Position numbers and translations under genes: made by a program
Part shown: in pieces, positions 57,477 to 64,000 of the stretch
Layout of the letters: each line of letters starts with the position of its first letter
Numbering within the stretch: the stretch's first letter is position 1
Source of the DNA: an uncultured Nitrososphaerota archaeon
Lineage (GTDB): Archaea; Thermoproteota; Nitrososphaeria; Nitrososphaerales; Nitrosopumilaceae
Reading direction: 5' to 3'
NCBI GenBank assembly: GCA_963701075.1
Contig: OY969559.1
Coordinates: 1,632,001-1,696,000, forward strand
DNA length: 64,000 nt
Notes under the pieces: generated by a model
The model's input: only the letters and a program-made list of their open reading frames with translations
What the model was told of the DNA's origin: nothing
Database searches by the model: none

Positions 57477-57548
57477 GAGTACGCAACATTTGACAAATTC
57501 CCCAGTGGATCTGAAATTGTTTAATGTAGTAACTAGATCTTAGTGGAT

Positions 57549-57722
57549 TCAGACCTGCGAGGCTTGTAACCCATTTTCCATCTTTGCAATTAGTTTCTCT
57601 AGTTTTTCAGCGTCAACATCTACCTCTTGACTAACACTGCCTAGAGGGCATGCAGTTATGGAAAATTGCATTATTGCTGTAAGGATCTTGATTTCTTCTT
57701 CGTTAAGATCTATTGAAACCAT
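57549..57722 (-). CDS. 57-aa 'ACP-motif' small protein (absent from ORF track)
   Basis: MVSIDLNEEEIKILTAIMQFSITACPLGSVSQEVDVDAEKLEKLIAKMENGLQASQV. Confidence 0.75.
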   Translation of the reverse strand: MVSIDLNEEEIKILTAIMQFSITACPLGSVSQEVDVDAEKLEKLIAKMENGLQASQV

Positions 57723-57872
57723 AATCAGTTTATGCTACCATTTGATTTAAAGAATAAACACGATTTTCATATCCTGCATGACTTATTGTTTCTGATTACT
57801 CATCTCATTAGGATCAAAATCTGCGAAATATGTTGCCTCACACTTTGCACATTACTTGCATGAAAGAATGCC

Positions 57873-58409
57873 TCAGATGAAATGCATGATAATTCCATGA
57901 TGCCACCTTGTAATTACGTGTAAAACAACTAATGTCACTAGCAATGCCGCAAGAATGGCTTGGCCGTGAACTAGTCTACTGAAGAATTTTAAATTTTTAC
58001 CAGATGTGAATTTAAGTATTATGCCACTAATCATTGACACTGTCATGACTATGACCAATGAAAGTGATATGTAGTCCAGTCCTCGAATGAGCATGAATCC
58101 ATGCGATAAACCAGCAAAGAATCCTACTGAATTTAGCATGATGTGGAAATTCAATACAGGTTGGTACATTGATGTCAAACTTTGCGAGATGCTAGACCCA
58201 CCAATTAATTTCATGACAGGCATCTTCTTTATCATTTTGAATATGACAAGCGAGAGATTTGCTGCTGTCCCACAGCCAATGGCTAGCCAGCCAAGAGTAG
58301 CAGCTGTGCTAAATCCTCCATCATCATCAGCATAGGCTAGAGTAGGAGCAAATGCAAGCGCTATCAATATTGATATTTTCAAATAAGAACTGGTAGAAAA
58401 AATTTGCAT
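57873..58409 (-). CDS. Membrane protein with intramembrane His (cytochrome b/ferric-reductase-like)
   Basis: NFHIML..SHG..VHGQ..LHV in TM helices. Confidence 0.65.
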   Translation of the reverse strand: MQIFSTSSYLKISILIALAFAPTLAYADDDGGFSTAATLGWLAIGCGTAANLSLVIFKMIKKMPVMKLIGGSSISQSLTSMYQPVLNFHIMLNSVGFFAGLSHGFMLIRGLDYISLSLVIVMTVSMISGIILKFTSGKNLKFFSRLVHGQAILAALLVTLVVLHVITRWHHGIIMHFI

Positions 58410-58414
58410 AAAGA

Positions 58415-58666
58415 TTATGTCACTCTCATTTTAGCAGCCTTTCTTCTTATCTTGTATACTTTCCAGACTGAATATCCAACTACGCCAAGTATTGCAGAGA
58501 TGGTAACGTATAATGTTAAACTAAAGATTGTCAGGATCATCATGTTTGGCTGACCGCCTCCTTTGTTCTCATATTGTGCAAGAGCTAGTGTTGGCGCACT
58601 TGTGGCAAGTATGACAAGTGTCATCAGTATGTATGAATATATTTTCATAGAATAATTAATATTCAA
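58415..58666 (-). CDS. Small membrane protein
   Basis: Signal peptide + TM + basic tail. Confidence 0.65.
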   Translation of the reverse strand: MNINYSMKIYSYILMTLVILATSAPTLALAQYENKGGGQPNMMILTIFSLTLYVTISAILGVVGYSVWKVYKIRRKAAKMRVT

Positions 58667-58684
58667 GTCAGAATAAAACTGGTT

Positions 58685-58712
58685 CTACCATTTTTATCGA
58701 TGAGAACGGTAA
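58685..58712. promoter_or_regulatory. 28-bp palindromic operator, copy 1
   Basis: CTACCATTTT-TATCGATG-AGAACGGTAA. Confidence 0.75.
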
Positions 58713-58747
58713 CAAGTGTTTTATTAAATCTGTAGCACAGTTATGTC

Positions 58748-59119
58748 ATGATGCTGACTCAATCAGATACGCTTGAATCTATTTGTGGCAAGATTCTCAA
58801 CTTGGATTCCAAAATAATGTTTGTTGGAATAATTAACGATAAGGGCAGACTGCTTGCTGAAAATAAAAGAGAAGGGGCAGAGATACTTGCAGATCCAAAA
58901 GATCAGGAGATATTTTTAATGGAAATTGCATTAGGTATAAGGATGCGTAGCGAGCATGACGGGCATCTTGGACCAGCAAAATTTACCATATCATATGGAG
59001 ACAAGGTTATTTCAATGATCTTTCCTTTGGACGAGAAAATATTGTATGTCTCTGCAGAAAAAGAAATTGATATGTTAAAAGCAACTTTCCTGATATTACA
59101 GATTTTGGAAACAAAATAA
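58748..59119 (+). CDS. Roadblock-like thaumarchaeal protein (DUF6659-like)
   Basis: ILNLDSKIMFVGIINDKGRL..MRSEHDGHLG. Confidence 0.75.
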   Translation: MMLTQSDTLESICGKILNLDSKIMFVGIINDKGRLLAENKREGAEILADPKDQEIFLMEIALGIRMRSEHDGHLGPAKFTISYGDKVISMIFPLDEKILYVSAEKEIDMLKATFLILQILETK

Positions 59120-59140
59120 AAATAAAAGTTGGTTCTTAAA

Positions 59141-59356
59141 TTATGGCCCGGATTCACTTGATTCGGTAGATCCAGATCCTGTTGATTGGGCTGTTGCATT
59201 TGTTGTATTAGATTCTTGAATATGCAATGCACTTTCTGTGTTTTCCTCTCCAGGTATCTCTGTTGCTTTGTCTCCTGCGATTGCCTTGACGCCCACTATA
59301 GCCATAGCAATCACAAGTATCGCAATGCCTGCACCAAAAACAATCTTTTTGTTCAT
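59141..59356 (-). CDS. Small single-TM protein with acidic Ser/Thr tail
   Basis: Paralogue of 62810-63058 (EENTE.AL..QE..ESGP). Confidence 0.75.
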   Translation of the reverse strand: MNKKIVFGAGIAILVIAMAIVGVKAIAGDKATEIPGEENTESALHIQESNTTNATAQSTGSGSTESSESGP

Positions 59357-59390
59357 GATGTACTTTTTTTGTTGTCTTATAAGAGGCTAG

Positions 59391-59418
59391 TTCCCATTCC
59401 CATCGTTAAGAATGGTCA
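59391..59418. promoter_or_regulatory. 28-bp palindromic operator, copy 2
   Basis: TTCCCATTCC-CATCGTTA-AGAATGGTCA. Confidence 0.6.
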
Positions 59419-59454
59419 TATTAATTAAAAACAAAAAGTTTTACGACAACTAGC

Positions 59455-60525
59455 ATGTTCTCACACTCAAAGTATGGATTCAATTTTTACTCTGTAGATA
59501 AATCATCCAGATTTCAGAGTTTTGTAACCGTGAAATCCATCATTAAACCAACAGTCATCACAAGTTTTCTCGTGTTTCTCTTATTTGCTCCGCTTGTCAA
59601 GGCAGAAGCAGATGGCGGATCGGGCATAGTGCCAAGTTGGATCAAACATGATGCACTATGGTGGGCGCAGGGAAAAATCTCTGATAATGATTTTATCAAT
59701 GGAACGCGTTGGTTAGTGGAAAACAAAATTCTTCCAGTAGAAGATCTAATTGAGGAAACAGATAACAATTTAACACCTGATTCAGTAAAAAAGATTGCAT
59801 ATTCCTGGAGTCAAAACCACCTTCCTGATTCTGTCTTTCTTGAGGGAATTCAATATTTGATCAAAAACGGAATAATGGAATTAAATAACAATGTAGCAAT
59901 TGAAATTACAAAGGAAAGGTTGGATCAAGTTTCGGTATGGAATGATACAAAGAAATCAGTTGTGATAATTCCAGTGTTCACTGCAAATGCGTATTCAGAT
60001 CGTGGATTTTATTTGTACTATGTTGGCAAGTGTGATTCAACTTGTCTTACCTCAATGATAAATACTAATGCATCATTGGGGTATACTGCAAGTCAACATG
60101 CAGTAGATGTTTTGCGATCACTGGGTTATCACACTATAACTGATATTGACGTAGACAAGCATCCATGGATTTTATCTCAATATGACAAGGTAATTGTTCT
60201 ACATAATGAATATGTGACACAAAAAGAATTTGATGCAATTACCACTCATCCGCATGTAATCTACCTATACCCAAATTCGTTATATGCCAAGATAGCAGTA
60301 AATTATGATCAGAATATGATTACGCTTCTTAGAGGTCATAATTATCCTGAATCAAATATAAGAAATGGTTTTGGCTGGAAATTTGACAATTCACAATTTG
60401 AATATGATGTATCATGCAATAATTGGAAATTTAATGAAATTATGAATGGGATTATGCTTGATTGTTATCCTGAGAATCATCTAGCATATAACATTCCACT
60501 ACTCAAAGCAATAAAAGATTACTAG
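59455..60525 (+). CDS. Secreted protein with thaumarchaeal W-rich repeats and C-terminal alpha/beta domain
   Basis: VPSWIKHDALWWAQGKISDNDF; YDKVIVLHNEYVT. Confidence 0.8.
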   Translation: MFSHSKYGFNFYSVDKSSRFQSFVTVKSIIKPTVITSFLVFLLFAPLVKAEADGGSGIVPSWIKHDALWWAQGKISDNDFINGTRWLVENKILPVEDLIEETDNNLTPDSVKKIAYSWSQNHLPDSVFLEGIQYLIKNGIMELNNNVAIEITKERLDQVSVWNDTKKSVVIIPVFTANAYSDRGFYLYYVGKCDSTCLTSMINTNASLGYTASQHAVDVLRSLGYHTITDIDVDKHPWILSQYDKVIVLHNEYVTQKEFDAITTHPHVIYLYPNSLYAKIAVNYDQNMITLLRGHNYPESNIRNGFGWKFDNSQFEYDVSCNNWKFNEIMNGIMLDCYPENHLAYNIPLLKAIKDY

Positions 60526-60622
60526 ATCCTTACAATAATTTTTAAAACGGTCTAGTCTTACAGAATTTTGAACGTTAATGGGTAGGGCTTGTCAGTTCCA
60601 TTTGCTTTGAGTACACTAGGTC

Positions 60623-60910
60623 TTAGAATCGTATCTTGATTTCCTGTGTCTTTTCTATGAATTTCTGTAGCTGTTGAAAAAATTGTATTCCCTTTTCTGT
60701 AATGATAAAAGTACGGTTTCTGTTGTCATGGGTGGATTCTACCAATCGTGAATCTATTAACCGCTGGCATTTCTCCACTACTGCATAATGAGACAGATTG
60801 GCTCTTCTAGATATGGACGATATTATTGCCCCATGTCTTCCACAATCCATTATTATAGATAAAATATCTGAAATTATGCCTAGTTCGGATCTGTATTGAT
60901 GTTTTGACAT
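60623..60910 (-). CDS. Winged-HTH regulator
   Basis: YRSELGIISDIL..ISRRANLSH..ITEKG. Confidence 0.85.
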   Translation of the reverse strand: MSKHQYRSELGIISDILSIIMDCGRHGAIISSISRRANLSHYAVVEKCQRLIDSRLVESTHDNRNRTFIITEKGIQFFQQLQKFIEKTQEIKIRF

Positions 60911-60950
60911 GTTCTTCTATTCCTGTATTTGAAATGAAATAAAATCAGTT

Positions 60951-60978
60951 CTACCATTCTTACCAATAAAAATGGTAG
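60951..60978. promoter_or_regulatory. 28-bp palindromic operator, copy 3
   Basis: CTACCATTCT-TACCAATA-AAAATGGTAG. Confidence 0.8.
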
Positions 60979-61101
60979 TTAGGCAATTAAGTACAGAATC
61001 CCATATTATAAACATGGAAACCACAAACCAAATTCCAAAAAATCGCGTATCAGAAAAACAACATGAACACAGATGGACTGTAATCACATCACACTGGCAA
61101 T

Positions 61102-61359
61102 GTGAGATCTGTGGGAGGACTTTTGGCTAAGATAGTGTGCTACAAATTGTTGCTATGTGCAGTAGCAATGTTTGTAATAGCAATTGGTCCAAGCCTCCTT
61201 ACTTCAGCCTTTGCATTGACAGTCAGCAATGGTTACTACTCCCATTCACATGTGACGGCCCTGACAGATCCTAATCTAGTATGCGGAAACCAACTGTGCA
61301 CTCCAGGTGAAATGCCTCACCATCCGATAGTAGTGGTACCTGCTAAGGGGATTCAATAG
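61102..61359 (+). CDS. Small secreted protein with VCGxxLC motif
   Basis: Signal peptide, VCGNQLCTPG. Confidence 0.55.
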   Translation: MRSVGGLLAKIVCYKLLLCAVAMFVIAIGPSLLTSAFALTVSNGYYSHSHVTALTDPNLVCGNQLCTPGEMPHHPIVVVPAKGIQ

Positions 61360-61560
61360 ATGATGAGCAGGCTATACGAGATAGGGGCAGTAAACCATCC
61401 GCATACTTCCACCGCTTTTTGGATATGCTACAGGTGTAACCTGACTTTACATGAAAAATCCTCAGTATCGTTACACAATGAAATAACAAATCACTCTGCA
61501 AGAAAGATTGAATTTTCAGTGTCAAAGGAGAATGAAAATTGTCGTCAATCAGAACAGTAA
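61360..61560 (+). CDS. Small C2H2-like Zn-finger protein
   Basis: WICYRCNL..LHNEITNH. Confidence 0.65.
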   Translation: MMSRLYEIGAVNHPHTSTAFWICYRCNLTLHEKSSVSLHNEITNHSARKIEFSVSKENENCRQSEQ

Positions 61561-61673
61561 ACCGTCAAAGTAAAAACATCTTGAAAAGATTAGTGATAGT
61601 TCTGAGATATTTTGTATTGGATTTCTAATAACCAAATAAACAAATCATTATTCAAGTCAGAATAAAACGGATG

Positions 61674-61701
61674 CTACCGTTTTCATCAACGAGAATGATA
61701 G
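61674..61701. promoter_or_regulatory. 28-bp palindromic operator, copy 4
   Basis: CTACCGTTTT-CATCAACG-AGAATGATAG. Confidence 0.75.
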
Positions 61702-61736
61702 TTAGGCAATTAAATAACAAATACAGATTACAAACA

Positions 61737-62162
61737 ATGAAAAAATCTGTACAACAGTTCATCATGATTGCAGTAATTCTAGTACTTGCAAACAGCGGAA
61801 TCTATTTTGTTACTGCCTATTCCCAAATGCAAGAATCAAGTGATGTTCCAAGTCAGGTCCAGACAATGCTTTTTACAACTGCTGCAATAGTATACTTGCC
61901 ACTAGGAATATGGATGATCAAGAACAACCTTCACAGTAGAGCTCCGTATGTCATAGCAAGCCTGATCTCAATTGCCTTGATCGGACTATATGTCGTATCA
62001 AGAACTGTTAGTCTTCCAATAGTCGGCATACAAAATGATGTAGGTCTGGTGGATATACTAAGTAAGGTCACTCAGGGCTCCATAGTTGTGGTATCTTTGC
62101 TGCTTTTACGAAACTGGAACAAAGAAAAGATCAAAGTATCACAAATCAATTCATTTTTCTGA
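61737..62162 (+). CDS. 4-TM membrane protein
   Basis: ATG at 61737; LYVVSRTVSLP..DILSKV. Confidence 0.7.
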   Translation: MKKSVQQFIMIAVILVLANSGIYFVTAYSQMQESSDVPSQVQTMLFTTAAIVYLPLGIWMIKNNLHSRAPYVIASLISIALIGLYVVSRTVSLPIVGIQNDVGLVDILSKVTQGSIVVVSLLLLRNWNKEKIKVSQINSFF

Positions 62163-62492
62163 GAATTTCTCCCAAAGCCTTTGTATCTTTTCATCCATGG
62201 CAAATTTTTCAAGTTTACAGGAAATCTGGCCATCTCTGAACTTTACTTCTATGCCTGAGACCAAACTCTTGTAGTAACTTTCGTCAAGACCCTCAAGCGT
62301 ACGAATAACTTTGGTCTTCTTTATGAGACCCAGACTTTCCAGATTCTTGACCTTTCTGTAGGTAGTCGAAGCAGGAATGCCAAGTTTTGCTGATATTTCT
62401 TGGGCATTCAACTCATTTTTTGCAAGTATTGAGAGTATCTTTCTGCCATATTCATCTCCCAGTATTGCCAAGATATCATCATCATTTGTCAT
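62151..62492 (-). CDS. ArsR-like winged-HTH regulator
   Basis: LGDEYGRKIL..AQEISAKLGIPASTTYRKVKNL. Confidence 0.88.
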   Translation of the reverse strand: MTNDDDILAILGDEYGRKILSILAKNELNAQEISAKLGIPASTTYRKVKNLESLGLIKKTKVIRTLEGLDESYYKSLVSGIEVKFRDGQISCKLEKFAMDEKIQRLWEKFSEK

Positions 62493-62496
62493 TTTT

Positions 62497-62766
62497 TCAG
62501 CTTTTCTTGACTGCTATGATTAATACGATAAATCCAGCTATCTCAAATCCTTCTTCTATTATTCTTTGCAAGTCCTCGCCAGCAAACGAAAATGCGTATT
62601 CCATGACAGTCTCTCCAAGGACTAGAAGTGTAAAACCTATGACTAAAAGTGCCATGGGCGGATATTTTGTCCTCTTGAACGCTTTAGCAGCAAAGAAGAC
62701 AAGTAAAAACCCAACTATGAGATGAGCGGCAAGAAGCACATAGTGGGTAATTGATGATTCAACCAT
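62497..62766 (-). CDS. Small 3-TM protein co-transcribed with the regulator
   Basis: AFKRTKYPPMALLVIGF; 4-bp gap to the regulator. Confidence 0.75.
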   Translation of the reverse strand: MVESSITHYVLLAAHLIVGFLLVFFAAKAFKRTKYPPMALLVIGFTLLVLGETVMEYAFSFAGEDLQRIIEEGFEIAGFIVLIIAVKKS

Positions 62767-62809
62767 TGTCTACATCAACTTGTCACATTTGGCTCTAATA
62801 GATACTTTG

Positions 62810-63058
62810 TCATGGGCCAGATTCTGTCGACTCGGAAGAACTTGACTCATTGCCAGTAGATTCTCCAGTTGGTGATTTGATCTGTGATTGATTGTTCTCT
62901 TGTAGGTTTAATGCCTTTTCGGTGTTTTCTTCGGCGGGTAGTTCTATTTTCTCTCCCATGATTGATTTTACACCAAACGTTGCAGCAATAATGACAACCC
63001 CAACTGCAATTCCTATGATGATTTTTTTATTCATGACACTCAGTTCTTTATGATGCAT
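62810..63058 (-). CDS. Small single-TM protein (start likely 63034)
   Basis: Paralogue of 59141-59356. Confidence 0.7.
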   Translation of the reverse strand: MHHKELSVMNKKIIIGIAVGVVIIAATFGVKSIMGEKIELPAEENTEKALNLQENNQSQIKSPTGESTGNESSSSESTESGP

Positions 63059-63068
63059 AATATGCTAA

Positions 63069-63096
63069 CTACCATTCTCATTGACGGGAATGGTAG
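63069..63096. promoter_or_regulatory. 28-bp palindromic operator, copy 5
   Basis: CTACCATTCT-CATTGACG-GGAATGGTAG. Confidence 0.8.
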
Positions 63097-63128
63097 TTAG
63101 CATTAAAAAACACAAATAACAATAATTC

Positions 63129-63614
63129 TTGTTGTCCTCAAATACTACAATAATAACGCTAGGTCTAGCTATTGCCGCAATTACTATTGTTATAATTGCT
63201 GTAACAATGCTTATCCTCCCCACATCACAAGCAACAAACCAGAACACGCTTCAAACAAGCAACACTCAACATTACACAGGAGAAAAGAGGGAATTTTGGC
63301 TATTCAATAGTGAGATCCCGGGTTTTAATGAGACTCAAATGGGAATGCCACATGATGTTTACAGCATGCCTGTCATGGCAGTCTTCAAAGGTGACAAAGT
63401 GATAATCCATTTTTTTAACATTGAACAACCTGGAGGAGACAATCATTCATTTACTATCTTGGACAAACCATACAATATCAATGTCATTTTACATCCAGGC
63501 GAGAATAAAACCATAACATTTGATGCAAATACCACTGGAACATTTACCTATTATTGTACATTTCACTACCCCACCATGAGAGGCCAGCTCATAGTACAAC
63601 TTCCTCCATACTGA
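63129..63614 (+). CDS. Membrane-anchored cupredoxin (type 1 Cu)
   Basis: NHSF and YYCTFHYPTMRG supply His, Cys, His, Met ligands. Confidence 0.9.
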   Translation: MLSSNTTIITLGLAIAAITIVIIAVTMLILPTSQATNQNTLQTSNTQHYTGEKREFWLFNSEIPGFNETQMGMPHDVYSMPVMAVFKGDKVIIHFFNIEQPGGDNHSFTILDKPYNINVILHPGENKTITFDANTTGTFTYYCTFHYPTMRGQLIVQLPPY

Positions 63615-63695
63615 AATAATTTCAGATATGTTACAACTACAATTCATGCAAATCAAGATAAGGAGAACATAATAGGAAAGAGTGACTAATTAAGT

Positions 63696-64000
63696 ATGTT
63701 GAACAAAAAGAACATTTCCATTAGTATGATGAGGGTTCTACTGGGTTTGTCTTCATCTTTAGCCATCCCATCTGCATTTGCAAGTGGAGGTTCTATGATT
63801 GCAATCATTGTTACAACAGACGATCCCACTCTGGGAAATGATCTTGCAACATACGATGCTCAATACGGTCTTCCTGCCTGTACCATCTCAAACGGCTGTC
63901 TTGAGATTGCTACACCATTTGGCATCTCAAACTCAAATCCCTCCACAGCTTCAGATGTCTCGCTTTATGTGGAGCAAGCACATCAGGCAGCCCCTGGTGC
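63696..64000 (+). CDS. Secreted S53 (sedolisin)-like protein, partial
   Basis: IAII..DLATYDAQYGLPAC..NGC..SLYVEQAHQAAPG. Confidence 0.65.
   Translation, partial: MLNKKNISISMMRVLLGLSSSLAIPSAFASGGSMIAIIVTTDDPTLGNDLATYDAQYGLPACTISNGCLEIATPFGISNSNPSTASDVSLYVEQAHQAAPG

Noticed and set aside
58685-63096. CRISPR array from the 28-bp palindromes
   Set aside because: Copies are degenerate, 0.7-1.6 kb apart and separated by genes; no cas genes

Overview
Window from an ammonia-oxidising-type archaeon (Thaumarchaeota/Nitrososphaerota). The 16S/23S sequence, PEFG-CTERM proteins and the extra TFB point that way; a Nitrosotalea-like lineage is my inference, not a database result. It contains a minus-strand 16S-23S operon whose 23S carries a 334-nt group I intron with no homing-endonuclease ORF, at the L1931-equivalent site. 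A ~103-bp copy of the 23S 3' end and processing-stem strand lies ~940 bp downstream, bracketing an RHH + GNAT pair. An intact IS701-like element (18-bp TIRs, 5-bp TSD) has replaced the C-terminus of a histidine kinase. An AT-rich island (~12-17.3 kb) holds a decayed phage terminase, an operon of four tiny coiled-coil/HTH paralogues plus a wHTH and an HNH nuclease, a divergent fifth paralogue, repeat-rich promoters and a TIR-Zn-ribbon protein; this is my best candidate for an undescribed system. Further on are a hydrogenase-4-like Ehr operon lacking the Ni ligands, and a 57.8-63.6 kb block where one 28-bp palindrome recurs five times upstream of small membrane, wHTH and cupredoxin genes. Many genes show single-base indels or in-frame stops, so some lesions may be assembly errors.
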